Source: an uncultured Verrucomicrobiae bacterium (GTDB lineage: Bacteria > Verrucomicrobiota > Verrucomicrobiia > Chthoniobacterales > UBA10450). From it: a stretch of DNA of 64,000 nt. This document shows, in pieces, positions 10,003 through 20,289 of the stretch. The DNA lies in assembly GCA_963772365.1 (NCBI GenBank), contig CAVYXA010000001.1:96001-160000 (forward strand), written 5' to 3'. A program made the translations under genes and the position numbers. The notes under the pieces were generated by a model. The model was not told where the DNA came from, did not search any database, and saw only the letters and a program-made list of their open reading frames with translations. Within the stretch, counting starts at the first letter, position 1. Every line of letters begins with the position of its first letter.

Positions 10003-10437
10003 ATGAACTCTTTAAATCGTTTCGCTGATCCGGTGTATTGCATCATGCGTTTGATTATCGGGTTGATGTTCGCCTGTCATGGAGGCCAAAAGCTTATCGG
10101 TTTCCCCGGTGGTCACGGCGGTGCGGAAGGTTTGATGCTGGTGGGGGGAATCATCGAGCTCGTGTGTGGACTGCTGATCGCCGTAGGATTGTTGACACGG
10201 ATTGCGGCGTTCATCGCCAGTGGCGAAATGGCGGTTGCCTACTTCATGGTGCACGCGGCGGGAAAAACACTCGGGCACGCGCCCAGCCCGGCCGAGCAAT
10301 TCTTCCCCATCCTGAACAAGGGCGAATTGGCCGTGATTCTTTGCTGGGTATTTTTGTTTATGTTCTTCTACGGCGCGGGACGCTGGAGTATCGATGGCTT
10401 AATCAAGGGGAATGCGCGACCGGCAGGAGTAAATTAA
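10003..10437 (+). CDS. DoxX-family membrane protein
   Basis: HGGQKL, GLLTRIAAFIASGEMAVAYF, GAGRWSID. Confidence 0.9.
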   Translation: MNSLNRFADPVYCIMRLIIGLMFACHGGQKLIGFPGGHGGAEGLMLVGGIIELVCGLLIAVGLLTRIAAFIASGEMAVAYFMVHAAGKTLGHAPSPAEQFFPILNKGELAVILCWVFLFMFFYGAGRWSIDGLIKGNARPAGVN

Positions 10438-10450
10438 ATTTTCGGTTTCG

Positions 10451-11242
10451 ATGAAGCGCGCTGTTTCAGTCGTCGGTGCCATTCTCATGGCGCAATCGCT
10501 GTCGGCGCAGGAATTCAAAGATTTCGGCAAGGGGCGTTTGAACGGTTCGCCGCGACACGGCGAATGGGTCGACATCAAATCGGGCGAGCGCACCATTAAG
10601 GCGTTTGTTGTATATCCCGAGCGCAAAGAGAAAACGCCGGCTGTTCTTGTCATTCACGAGATCTTTGGTCTGACCGATTGGGTGCGCAGTTTGTGCGATG
10701 AACTGGCGGAGAATGGAGTAATTGCAATTGCGCCCGATTTGCTCAGCGGCCAGAAATTTGAAGATGTCGATGGTGCCCGCAAGGCGATTTCGGCTTTGCC
10801 GAAGGAGCAGGTAAAATCCGATCTCGATGCGACGGCGGATTACGCGCTGAAGATTCCCGCTTGCAGTGGAACTTTGGCCGTTTGCGGTTTTTGCTGGGGC
10901 GGAGGAGTAACTTTCATGTATGCGAACGAAAATCCAAAGCTCAAGGCGGCTTATTCATTTTACGGAACCGCGCCGGATGAAGCGTCGAAGGTCGCGAACA
11001 TTTCGTGTCCGGTTTACGGATTTTACGGCGAGAAGGACGAACGCGTGGATGCGACGATCCCAAAAGCGGAAGAGTTAATGAAAGCTGCCGGCAAGAAGTA
11101 TGAGCCGGTAATTTACGAGGACGCCGGGCATGGTTTCATGCGCTCAGGCGATCCGTCAAATCCCAACGTGCGCGAGACCGACAGAAAAGCGCATGACGAA
11201 GCCTGGGCCCGCTGGAAGAAACTGCTCAAGCAATTGCCGTAG
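10451..11242 (+). CDS. Dienelactone hydrolase family protein, likely secreted
   Basis: HEIFGL, GFCWGG nucleophile motif, GHGFM; N-terminal signal peptide. Confidence 0.92.
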   Translation: MKRAVSVVGAILMAQSLSAQEFKDFGKGRLNGSPRHGEWVDIKSGERTIKAFVVYPERKEKTPAVLVIHEIFGLTDWVRSLCDELAENGVIAIAPDLLSGQKFEDVDGARKAISALPKEQVKSDLDATADYALKIPACSGTLAVCGFCWGGGVTFMYANENPKLKAAYSFYGTAPDEASKVANISCPVYGFYGEKDERVDATIPKAEELMKAAGKKYEPVIYEDAGHGFMRSGDPSNPNVRETDRKAHDEAWARWKKLLKQLP

Positions 11243-11258
11243 CCAGGAACATCAGCCA

Positions 11259-11287
11259 GGTAGGGCGATTGACCTCAATCGCCCGTC
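11259..11287 (+). repeat. REP-like palindrome, left flank of RAYT
   Basis: GGTAG-GGCGATTG-ACCT-CAATCGCC-CGTC: GTAG tetranucleotide followed by a hairpin. Confidence 0.8.
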
Positions 11288-11294
11288 ACCGCTA

Positions 11295-11777
11295 GTGAAA
11301 CGCGACTTGAAGAGGTTGCCGGTCCGAAAACAACTCGACCATTCAATCCATTTTCAGGCGCGATTTGGCGCCACCTATTTCATCACACTTTGTTGTCAGA
11401 TGCGTTGCAAAAACCAACTGTGTAACACTCGGGTAGCATCTATTATTTTCGAGACCGCGTGCAGATATCATGCGTCGCGACGATTCCATCTGAAGTTGCT
11501 TCTTCTGATGCCCGATCATTTGCATCTCCTTGTCGCCCTGGCCGGTGATAGTGAACTATCGGGTTTGATCCGCGACTTTAAACGAATCACAGCGCGAATG
11601 GCGAAAATCGTTTGGCAGCGAAATTTCTTTGATCATCGATTGCGCCACGATGAAAGCGAGATCGAGAAAGCAGAATACATTCGGCGAAACCCCATCCGTG
11701 CGGGCTTGATCGACGCAGGGGTCACATGGCCATACATGATTGAGATTGACGAGATTGAAGCGCGAGCGGGTTATTAG
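11295..11777 (+). mobile_element. REP-associated tyrosine transposase (RAYT, HUH/Y1)
   Basis: YFITLC, MPDHLH (HUH), WQRNFFDHRLR, YIRRNP; flanked by inverted REP-like hairpins; GTG start chosen downstream of the left REP. Confidence 0.88.
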
Positions 11778-11788
11778 TCACCGTCGCG

Positions 11789-11818
11789 GACGGGCGGTTC
11801 GGGTGAACCGCCCCTACC
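11789..11818 (-). repeat. REP-like palindrome, right flank of RAYT (inverted)
   Basis: Reverse complement reads GGTAGGGGCGGTTCACCCGAACCGCCCGTC, same architecture and ends as the left copy. Confidence 0.8.
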
Positions 11819-11838
11819 TAAGCCCAAATTGAGTTGTC

Positions 11839-12528
11839 ATGATTCTTTCCCACAAGCACAAGTTCATCTTCATCAAAACGGTGAAGACTGCGGGAACGAG
11901 CATCGAGGTTTTTCTCTCTCAGCATTGCGGACCGAATGATGTCCTGACGCCGATTCGTCCGCCGGTGGAAGGACATCAGGCGCAGAATTATGAAGGATAC
12001 GTGTCTTCGATTGTCGATGTTTTCAGCCAGCCGTTCGGTCCGGTTTCAGATTTGCGGCATCCATTTCGGAAGCGAGAAAAGTTTTACAATCACATGCCCG
12101 GTTGGCAGATCGAAAAGCAAGTCGGCCCCGAGATTTGGAACAGCTATTTCAAATTTTGTGTCGACCGAAATCCCTGGGACAAAGTTCTCTCTCATTATCA
12201 CATGAATGCTGCTCGAGCCGGCGGCGCACTCACGCTCGACGAGTACTTGGCGAAAGGGAAATTGCCGCTGAATTATCCACGATACACCGATCGATCCGGC
12301 GAAAGGATCATCGTCGATCAGGTGGTTCGATATGAAAATCTGATGGATCAGCTCGGCGAAATTTTCGCGCGTCTGAATGTTCCTTTTGAAGGCGTGCTCG
12401 GGGTAACCGCCAAATCAGAATACCGAAGCGACCGGACACCGTACAGAACGGTGCTCAACGATGAGCAGTGCCGGAAGATCGAGCGCATTTTTGCCCGAGA
12501 GATCGAATTGCACGGCTACAGCTTTTGA
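11839..12528 (+). CDS. Sulfotransferase family 2 protein
   Basis: MILSHKHKFIFIKTVKTAGTSIE (5'-PSB-like) and RNPWDKVLS (3'-PB-like). Confidence 0.85.
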   Translation: MILSHKHKFIFIKTVKTAGTSIEVFLSQHCGPNDVLTPIRPPVEGHQAQNYEGYVSSIVDVFSQPFGPVSDLRHPFRKREKFYNHMPGWQIEKQVGPEIWNSYFKFCVDRNPWDKVLSHYHMNAARAGGALTLDEYLAKGKLPLNYPRYTDRSGERIIVDQVVRYENLMDQLGEIFARLNVPFEGVLGVTAKSEYRSDRTPYRTVLNDEQCRKIERIFAREIELHGYSF

Positions 12529-12579
12529 TCGACTCGATTGGGCTTTCCGTTTTCTTTTCGTTCATTTAATTTCGCAGCC

Positions 12580-13593
12580 ATGGATTCGTTTTACCTTATT
12601 GGCCTTGCCGTTCTCGCGCTCGTCGTTTTCGTTCTCGCGATCGTTATTTCGCGTTATTTCATGACGTGGTTGCGCGCGAGAATTGCAGGCGCTCCGGTTA
12701 GCATAGGCAAGATGATCGGGATGAGTCTGCGAAAAGTGCCGGTTGGGTTGATTGTCGATAATCGGATCACTGCAGTGAAAGCGGGCATCGACGTAGCGAG
12801 CGATCCGTTGGAAGCGCATTATCTCGCCGGTGGCGATGTTAGCCATGTAATCTTGGCACTGATCGCAGCCGATAAAGCAGGTATTTCTCTGCCGTTTAAT
12901 CGGGCGTGCGCGATCGATCTTGCCACAAAAGGCACGGGCAAGACGGTGCTGGAAGCGGTGAGGACCAGCATTAATCCCAAAGTAATTGATGCGCCAAACC
13001 CGGCGATGGGAAGAGCGACCATCGATGGAGTCGCGCAGGATGGGATCGGCGTAAAGGTCAAGGCGCGCGTGACCGTGCGCTCGCATCTGGATCGGTTCGT
13101 CGGTGGCGCGACTGAGGAAACAATCATCGCCCGCGTAGGCGAGGGGATTGTCAGCGCGATCGGTTCGGCCAGTTCTTACAAGGAAGTTCTGGAAAATCCC
13201 GACCGGATCTCAAAAACCGTGCTCGCCAAAGGACTCGACAGCAACACCGCGTTCGAGATTCTCTCGATCGATATTGCCGATGTCGATGTTGGCGATAACA
13301 TCGGCGCGAAATTGCAGACCGAACAAGCAGATGCGGACAAGCGCGTCGCGCAGGCGAAAGCCGAAGTGCGTCGCGCGGCAGCGGTAGCCGTCGAACAGGA
13401 AATGCGAGCCAGGACGCAGGAGATGCGAGCCAAAGTGGTCGAGGCCGAAGCCCTCGTTCCGCAGGCAATGGCCGAAGCGTTTCGCGCCGGCAACCTCGGA
13501 ATCATGGATTATTACCGAATGAAAAATGTCCAGGCCGACACGACAATGCGCGAATCAATCGCCGGCAGCGATAGGCCGGCCAAGGGCACCTGA
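12580..13593 (+). CDS. floA: Flotillin-like protein FloA (YqfA family)
   Basis: [61 protein letters not shown]. Confidence 0.93.
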   Translation: MDSFYLIGLAVLALVVFVLAIVISRYFMTWLRARIAGAPVSIGKMIGMSLRKVPVGLIVDNRITAVKAGIDVASDPLEAHYLAGGDVSHVILALIAADKAGISLPFNRACAIDLATKGTGKTVLEAVRTSINPKVIDAPNPAMGRATIDGVAQDGIGVKVKARVTVRSHLDRFVGGATEETIIARVGEGIVSAIGSASSYKEVLENPDRISKTVLAKGLDSNTAFEILSIDIADVDVGDNIGAKLQTEQADADKRVAQAKAEVRRAAAVAVEQEMRARTQEMRAKVVEAEALVPQAMAEAFRAGNLGIMDYYRMKNVQADTTMRESIAGSDRPAKGT

Positions 13594-13615
13594 TTTTTTT
13601 GAATTGGTCGTGGTG

Positions 13616-13786
13616 TTAGCCGGGCGCTTTCTCGAAGACGCCGTGACTGTAACTTTTTTCGTCAAAATAGTTGGTTGCTTGCGCCTGTTCGAGCCACAGG
13701 TTCCAATACGCGATCAATTCCTCCTCCGATAAGTTGCGCAAATCGAGATCCTCTTCGCTGAGAAATTCGTCGCCCACGGGTTCCAT
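13616..13786 (-). CDS. Small acidic hypothetical protein (56 aa), below the ORF-track cutoff
   Basis: MEPVGDEFLSEEDLDLRNLSEEELIAYWNLWLEQAQATNYFDEKSYSHGVFEKAPG*; starts 10 nt after the repaired stop of the upstream gene. Confidence 0.6.
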   Translation of the reverse strand: MEPVGDEFLSEEDLDLRNLSEEELIAYWNLWLEQAQATNYFDEKSYSHGVFEKAPG

Positions 13787-13796
13787 ACAAATCAGT

Positions 13797-14578
13797 TTAC
13801 GGCGTAATCGGAAGCAATTCCAACGCGCGCGCTACGACGATCTCATGAGCCGATTTGAGCGCCAGCCGGCTGATTTCCTTTTCGATGCTCGGCCACGCCG
13901 CGCCCCAAGCTTGGGCAGCTTCGCGGTAACGCGTGAGCCTCGTTCATTCGCGTGAATGAGGTCTCTGCGCTCAGAATCGAGTGCTTCCTCCAGCCGCGCC
14001 AGGCCAGCTGCTGCGGCAACCCGAAGAAGGGGACGACAGGCGGCAAGCTCGTTGGCCAACTCCGGGTTACCTTGCGTCAACTGCAATAGATCGCGAGCGC
14101 TTCTGGAAAAAAGCATTTGTTCACGGGGGCTCTCCATCAAACGCGCCAACTCGCCGATAACGGCGTAGTCTTTCTCCCGATTGGTTTTCTTGATCTCGGC
14201 AAGGTCGGTAACGCCGAGCACGGGCGTTTTCAATTCACCTTTCCAGAGTCGGTCCAGCGATTCGGCGCCTAATCGCGGTGGCCGTGTCACGAAATCCGTG
14301 CGGACGCGCAATTCCGGTGTGCGGAACTCAAAATGCGCGCTCCACCCACCACTGAGCCATCGCACATCTAAAGGCGCGCCAAATCGGTAGCGAGCGCCGC
14401 GATTGGTCAAAACGTCCAGAACATGTGCCATGGTCCCGTTCTCCTCGCGCAATATCCAATCGCCATCTTTGCTCATGATCGCGAGCCGGTGCAACACCAC
14501 AGCCTGACCCGAACTGATAATGGCCCGAAGCCGGCCGGCGTTAAGTTGCTCTGTCAGGTCGAGGTAAATATTGGCCAC
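13797..14578 (-). CDS. Putative nucleotidyltransferase-fold protein; frameshift at ~13941
   Basis: SSGQAVVLHRLAIMSKDGDWIL resembles the GGxAxxxH...TxDxD motif of Pol-beta-type NTases; KKTNREKD resembles the K...R.KD motif; C-terminus RLTRYREAAQAW...LLPITP* lies in another frame. Confidence 0.55.
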
Positions 14579-14714
14579 GCTTGGCGAGAATAAGGCCAGA
14601 CACCGGGGTGGCAAAATTAATCAGCCGCGGGGGCGCGAAGAATTGAAGGGTTGCAGGGTTGAAGCGAGCAAACCGATCACTGATCTCTGACCTGTGAAAT
14701 CTGATCTCTAGAAC

Positions 14715-14795
14715 TGCTCGGGGCGGGACTTGAACCCGCATGCCTTTCGGCATACGCCCCTCAAACGTACGTGTCTGCCATTCCACCACCCGAGC
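14715..14795 (-). tRNA. tRNA-Leu (anticodon GAG)
   Basis: GCTCGGG acceptor stem, GGTGGAATGGCAGACAC D-arm, TACGT-TTGAGGG-GCGTA anticodon arm, long variable arm, GGTTCAAGTCCC T-loop; CCA not encoded. Confidence 0.95.
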
Positions 14796-14970
14796 GTGTG
14801 AACGCGTTTAGCGCGCGAAATCTTCCTTAATCTGCGCGTCCTGGCAAGTCTGTCCTCCTCTTTCTCCTGCTCCTGGTCTTGCTCATGATCGAATTGGCCC
14901 CGGCCTTGCTTTTCCATCGGTGAAATCCGCGGCAGACGCGGTAAGTTCGATGACGAGCACGATTACGAAC

Positions 14971-15786
14971 ATGAGCGTGAGCAGGAGTAAGAGTAAGAGC
15001 GAAGATTGGATCAAAATCGATCTGCACATTCACACTCTCGATGATCCAAAGGACGCTCTCGATTATTCCGCTCATCAATTGCTCGAGCGCGCTCATCAGC
15101 TCGGCTTTCAGGTGCTGGCCATCACATTGCACGATGCCGTTTTTGATCGGCCGGAAGTTTTCGCCGATGCGGCGGCGTTGGGAATCCTGCTGATTCCGGC
15201 GGCTGAAGTCCGCTTGGAGGGTGCCGACGTTATTGTCCTCAATATTACGAGCGATGAAGTTGCGCGTCTGAAAAGTTTCGACGACCTGCGGCAACTGCGC
15301 GCCCGGCGTGGGATGTCGATCTTCACCATCGCACCGCATCCGTTTTATATGTTGGGCGGATCCATCGGCCCCCGCCTTATGAAAGAGATCGACTGCTTCG
15401 ATGCGATTGAGGTCTGCCATTTTCACAAGGGACTGTTCAATCCGAATCGCCGCGCCGCCAGGGTCGCGGCGCGTTTCGGCAAACCACTCATCGCCACGTC
15501 CGATGCCCACCGGCTGCAGGCGTTTGGGCGGCACTACACCAGTATCCCGCGTCCTTCCCACCTAATGACGGAGCATGTCTTTTCGGCACTGCGCAACGGG
15601 CCCCTGCGATTGACGACTCCGCCGGCGTCTCTCGCCGATTTCGTGAGCGCGATTTATTTCGTTTTCCTGGCGCATCCACTCCGTCGACACCGGAAAGAAA
15701 CTGGAGCGAGAACTCGAAAGTGTTCGCTAGCCCGGCCGCAGGCCGTTCTCGCCCGGGGGACAAGTCCGTCCGAACGGCGGACTTGA
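14971..15786 (+). CDS. PHP-domain metal-dependent phosphoesterase
   Basis: IDLHIHT, AITLHD, APHPF, TSDAH; start and C-terminus uncertain. Confidence 0.85.
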   Translation: MSVSRSKSKSEDWIKIDLHIHTLDDPKDALDYSAHQLLERAHQLGFQVLAITLHDAVFDRPEVFADAAALGILLIPAAEVRLEGADVIVLNITSDEVARLKSFDDLRQLRARRGMSIFTIAPHPFYMLGGSIGPRLMKEIDCFDAIEVCHFHKGLFNPNRRAARVAARFGKPLIATSDAHRLQAFGRHYTSIPRPSHLMTEHVFSALRNGPLRLTTPPASLADFVSAIYFVFLAHPLRRHRKETGARTRKCSLARPQAVLARGTSPSERRT

Positions 15787-15817
15787 ATCCAAATCGCAAA
15801 CATGACACATCTGTAGC

Positions 15818-16300
15818 GTGTCAAAGATCATTGTCTCAATAATATTGGTCGCCGCAGTCGTGTTGACCGGCTGTAAGTCTCCAGAAAGAAAAGAGAAGGA
15901 AAAGCAAGCGGCGCTTAGCAAGAAAACCAAGGCGAAGCTGCGGGAAGAGACGAGCGATGTGGATTTTCAAGCGTTTGTCGGGCGGTTACGAAAAGCGGTG
16001 GCCACGCGCGACATCGAGATGCTCAAATCGATGATGACGCCGAATTTCGGGTACAAATTAGAGCCGAAAATGGAAGGATTGGAGGCTGGTCCCGAAGGCC
16101 CCGGAGTATTTCAATACTGGAACGATCAGGGGCTCTGGACGGAATTAGATGGAATTTTATCAGAAAAGTTTTTGAAGAAGGGCAACTACATGGTCGCGCC
16201 GCCCCAATTTGCTGACGAATCGCTCAGTTACGATGGCTATCGCGCAGGCATCACGCGCGTGAACGGAAGCTGGAAATTCGCCTACTTTGTGAACGGCTGA
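15818..16300 (+). CDS. Hypothetical lipoprotein
   Basis: Lipobox VLTGC after a hydrophobic N-terminus. Confidence 0.7.
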   Translation: MSKIIVSIILVAAVVLTGCKSPERKEKEKQAALSKKTKAKLREETSDVDFQAFVGRLRKAVATRDIEMLKSMMTPNFGYKLEPKMEGLEAGPEGPGVFQYWNDQGLWTELDGILSEKFLKKGNYMVAPPQFADESLSYDGYRAGITRVNGSWKFAYFVNG

Positions 16301-16304
16301 CCGG

Positions 16305-18290
16305 TCACTTGCCAATCGATTCCAGATCGTAAATCGCGCCCCAGCCAGGACCGGATTTGATTGGCGGGGAAATTTTTTCCCACGGCCGTGTGCTCGAGGA
16401 ATAGTTCGCATCTTCCTCGCGTCCCCAAAAAATGTAGCGAACACCGAAATGCCGGGCGATTTCGCGCCAATCCCGGCCGCCCAGCATCAGATCGCGTAAT
16501 TGGTTTTGCACTTCAGCGTAATCGGCAAAGCCTTGTGTCCACAGATGCCCGGGATAACCCATCACAAGTTTCCGGCCCTGGAGCAGAAGTGGATGATTGT
16601 ATGTGGGAAATGCCGCGAAGCGCGCTTCGACTGGGAGTTGTCGAACAGCGTCGCCTACCAAGGCCAGCTCGCTGCGCTTGGCAAATTCAAAACCCGGGGT
16701 GCCGGCCGCAAGGCCGCCAAACAGACTAACGAAGCCGGACCCAAATAGTATCGCGCAGGCGGCGACCCTGGGCGCAACGGGCCATTCCAGAATCAGATCG
16801 CGCCAGAGAAACGGAAGAATGATGAAATAACCCCAGAACATCAGCTTGAGGTTGTCCCAGGTCCACGGAGCCAGACGGACGAAGTATCCGATCAGAAAAA
16901 TGACGACTGCCGGGATAAGAAAAGCAACTGTGTCCGGCTTTTCTTTTATCATCCCAGTCTTCCAAACTCGCAATGCAATTATACCGACGAAAGTGAGAAC
17001 CAGAGGAAACCAGACCCCGAAATTGCCGAACCAAAAGTTGATGAAAGAACCGCGTGCCAGCTCCTCATTGGGTTCGGATCGGATCCAACCCGGCTGCCAG
17101 GCCAGAATCGACCCGGCATGAAAGTGATCGGTTGTGAGCCACACAAAAAAAGTGGCGGGGATTAGCGCACAACCAACAAGCATCACCAGATGCCTGCTCA
17201 TTTTCATGTTGCTCAGGAGATTGATCCATCGGAGAGGCCGCTCGCGGTGTTCCGTGCGCATAAGATCGACAAGAGACGTGGAGCACTCAAAGAGAACAAG
17301 ACAAAGCGCCACGATGCTAAGCGCCAGGAACGTGTGGAAATGAAATAGCGGCATCGAGGCGTAAAGCGAAAGCTCGACCCAAAATGGCAGCGGACTGTAG
17401 TCGCGGGCGGTGACCGCGGCGGGTCTTTCGTTCGCAGATCCGTGGTCTGCGCCCGCCCTCAGGAAAAATCTTTCACGCCAGTTCCAGAGAAGTATCAAAC
17501 CTGCGGGAATGGCGTAGAGCAGGCCGCGCTGAGTCACGAACATCGTCAGCGGGATACTTTTCCAGGCAATGGTTTTATCGCCCTCATAATCCAGCCACTG
17601 GTGCGTCTTCAGAATTTCGAAGCTAGCAATCCCGCCATTGAACAGGAACGCAGCGATTCCAAACGCGCCGCCCCAGCGGAAAAAAGCATAAAACGTCGCG
17701 ACAGAAGCGAGCAAGCCCACCCAGATGAGACCGCGAATCAGATCGACATCGACGGAGGAAAGCAGCGCGTTAAAGAGATCGATCCCCGCCGGGTAACGCA
17801 GTTTGCTGAAGACGTAGATTGGATTGTCGGGCCAGAACGCAACGCCGCTCGCCAGGTTTTTGATGTAAGTGATATGCAACGCCAGATCGCCCAGATTGTA
17901 GGGTGATTGGATGCGAAGGTGATCGCCATCGATGTAGAGCAGCCAGCAAAACGAACGCGCAGCGAATATGGCAAAACAGATACCGAGCAACCAGATCCAA
18001 ATGTTTGTGTAGCGCGGACCGGATGGCTCGACCGATTCCATTGCTTTTTTTCTGAGCCGGTGCTGCGCTCGTTTCGACAGATTCGGCTTGGGCTGTATCT
18101 GTTGAACGGAACGGGCCTTTACCGAGTAGCGGTCGCGCGTTGTGAAGTAAGCCGCAATCGCCATCAAACCTCCAGCGATAAGCGCAGCCGCCGCAGTGGG
18201 TGGATTCAAACCGTTGCCAACTAAACCGAGCAAGACTGCGAAAATGGTGGAGAGATTTACAAATGTTAAACCGGCAGAAAGCCATTTCAT
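16305..18290 (-). CDS. Large polytopic membrane protein, possibly GT-C-like
   Basis: Many TM segments, periplasmic NLGDLALH and WPDNP loops; overlaps the upstream gene stop. Confidence 0.65.
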   Translation of the reverse strand: MKWLSAGLTFVNLSTIFAVLLGLVGNGLNPPTAAAALIAGGLMAIAAYFTTRDRYSVKARSVQQIQPKPNLSKRAQHRLRKKAMESVEPSGPRYTNIWIWLLGICFAIFAARSFCWLLYIDGDHLRIQSPYNLGDLALHITYIKNLASGVAFWPDNPIYVFSKLRYPAGIDLFNALLSSVDVDLIRGLIWVGLLASVATFYAFFRWGGAFGIAAFLFNGGIASFEILKTHQWLDYEGDKTIAWKSIPLTMFVTQRGLLYAIPAGLILLWNWRERFFLRAGADHGSANERPAAVTARDYSPLPFWVELSLYASMPLFHFHTFLALSIVALCLVLFECSTSLVDLMRTEHRERPLRWINLLSNMKMSRHLVMLVGCALIPATFFVWLTTDHFHAGSILAWQPGWIRSEPNEELARGSFINFWFGNFGVWFPLVLTFVGIIALRVWKTGMIKEKPDTVAFLIPAVVIFLIGYFVRLAPWTWDNLKLMFWGYFIILPFLWRDLILEWPVAPRVAACAILFGSGFVSLFGGLAAGTPGFEFAKRSELALVGDAVRQLPVEARFAAFPTYNHPLLLQGRKLVMGYPGHLWTQGFADYAEVQNQLRDLMLGGRDWREIARHFGVRYIFWGREEDANYSSSTRPWEKISPPIKSGPGWGAIYDLESIGK

Positions 18291-20239
18291 TGCTGCGCGC
18301 TTTTGTTAGCCGGATTCTTGCTGTTGAACTCAGGTTCGCGATTCGGAAACAGAGGCTTGAAAATTTTCGCCCGAAAATATGCCTTCGAAGTATCCTGATA
18401 AGCGCGAATTTTTAATGTCTCCGTGTAATAGGAGCCTTGGAGTTTCGATTCCACCTGGCTGATCCTGTCTTCTTCGACCAGAAGAAAATCTGCAACCAGC
18501 GTGCCTGGCATGTTCTCGTGTTCGTAGTAACCAATCGCTGAAAAATCCCCTAACATCCACGGAAGCGGGTAGGGGCTGGGACGCAAGATCAAGCCTTTCA
18601 AGTGGTAGGCAGCGGGGTCTCGGGAGGCCAGCTCAAGTAATGGATCGGTGAACTTGTAGATATCGTTGTAAGTCTGCACATACACATACGGTTCCGTATC
18701 CGTCGTACAACGAAAATAATTGAGCCAGATTGCCATCTCTAATGAAAATAAGAGCGCGATCGCAGCCGTGACGCGTTGGACGGCCTGCATCAGACGCTCA
18801 CTGGTTCTTGCAGACTGGCCGAGCCATAAACCGAGACCACTGCCAGCGAGCGCCGAAACAATGGCGCAGCCGTAAAGGGTTCCGCCCATTTGCCCGCAAA
18901 GGCCGCTTGTACTGCCCGCGGTCAGGGTAAGCTTGATCGCTTCATTGAGATAGATCCCCATTGAGCAGGTTTGTGGAGCCGAAGCGGCTTGAATGAAATA
19001 ACTGATCACGCCGCCGAGGCCGAAACCGAGAACAGCTCCGCCGACCGCGTAAAACGCTTTGCGCGGGATTTTAAGGGCGGCCGTTCCGGCAGCAAAAACA
19101 AAGAGGAACGGCCAGGCAATGCTAATAATAATCCACGGCGTCTTGTAATGGATGATGCTGTAAGCCGCTAAAATACCCACGCCATAGATCGCGAAGTAGC
19201 GGATGACAAGGTTGTTGAAAAACTGACATGCGAGGCAAAGCGTCAGTCCGATAAAGACCGGCCATTCATAGCGTAGTACCAGTTCCAGCCAGTAAAGCCA
19301 TGGCTTTTCGTGTCCGTGACCTTCGCTACCCGTGCTGAACCACGGCGCGAATGCCCGATATAACCCCTTCACACCGCTCCAGTGGAAAAATGTTCCGGAA
19401 TAAAAGAAAACAATCGCACCGACGCCGACCGCGCAGAGCATGATAAGATCGACAGCAGTCCAAGTCTGCCGGACGGGCTTTGAGTCAGGAACAGGATTCA
19501 GCGCGTTTGAGATCATCAACATCGGAATAGCGATCAGCGCGCAGCCGATATGGATGATGTAGGTTTCCTTGGTCAGGATCATCCCGGCCACTCCAATGCC
19601 CGCGGACCAGAGATAATTTGCTTTTCCGAATTTCCACAGTCCGAGCAGGCCGAGAATGAACATCATCGAGAAGAGAACGAGCCACGCTTCGTGAATCGAA
19701 TAACGGCCGTAAAAAATAAAGCCCGGGGAAACTGCCATTGCCAGTGCAGCGATGCGGCTCGCGTTCCGTCCTACGAACGGCTCAAATTTTAAACAAAGCC
19801 AAACGCAAGCAATGCTTCCGAGCACCACCGGCAGCCGCAAAGCCCAGACGTTGCGCCCAAATAGCGCCTCCGAGAGAAACAAAACATAGAAATGCAATGG
19901 TCCGTGATAATTGGTCGGATCGTATTTGTAGTACCCGTCCTTGACCATCTCATCGACAAACCAACCGTTGATGCCCTCATCGAAATGCGGCGGTTTGATC
20001 CCGAGCAGAAATAACCGAAGAAAGATGGCGACCGCCAGAATGACCCATGGTACCCAACCCACTTCCACGAGCCGCGCGCGCCAGGTATCGAGTTGATCGC
20101 GTAACGTCGGGAAATCCGCCGGCGCGATTTCTTTGGGATTAATCTCAGTCGTTTCTCTCACAACGGGCACAAAGGTTCGCGAAGGGGACAAGACGAGGGG
20201 TTGCGGGGTACGCGATTCGCGATTTGCAAGATCGCGCAT
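18287..20239 (-). CDS. GT-C fold (PMT/ArnT-like, TIGR03663-like) membrane glycosyltransferase
   Basis: PPHFDEGING, YKYDPTNYHGP, ALRLP, YGRYSIHE, TKET. Confidence 0.78.
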   Translation of the reverse strand: MRDLANRESRTPQPLVLSPSRTFVPVVRETTEINPKEIAPADFPTLRDQLDTWRARLVEVGWVPWVILAVAIFLRLFLLGIKPPHFDEGINGWFVDEMVKDGYYKYDPTNYHGPLHFYVLFLSEALFGRNVWALRLPVVLGSIACVWLCLKFEPFVGRNASRIAALAMAVSPGFIFYGRYSIHEAWLVLFSMMFILGLLGLWKFGKANYLWSAGIGVAGMILTKETYIIHIGCALIAIPMLMISNALNPVPDSKPVRQTWTAVDLIMLCAVGVGAIVFFYSGTFFHWSGVKGLYRAFAPWFSTGSEGHGHEKPWLYWLELVLRYEWPVFIGLTLCLACQFFNNLVIRYFAIYGVGILAAYSIIHYKTPWIIISIAWPFLFVFAAGTAALKIPRKAFYAVGGAVLGFGLGGVISYFIQAASAPQTCSMGIYLNEAIKLTLTAGSTSGLCGQMGGTLYGCAIVSALAGSGLGLWLGQSARTSERLMQAVQRVTAAIALLFSLEMAIWLNYFRCTTDTEPYVYVQTYNDIYKFTDPLLELASRDPAAYHLKGLILRPSPYPLPWMLGDFSAIGYYEHENMPGTLVADFLLVEEDRISQVESKLQGSYYTETLKIRAYQDTSKAYFRAKIFKPLFPNREPEFNSKNPANKSAQQ

Positions 20240-20289
20240 CCCCCCATGCGCGGCGCTTGACGCGTGCCATCTCGCTGCTATCTGGCGCT

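Noticed and set aside
11130..11294. Longer N-terminus for the RAYT
   Set aside because: Overlaps the hydrolase gene and runs through the left REP; the GTG at 11295 is more plausible
14715..14795. Integrative element at tRNA-Leu or tRNA-Lys
   Set aside because: No integrase and no duplicated tRNA 3' end seen in the window
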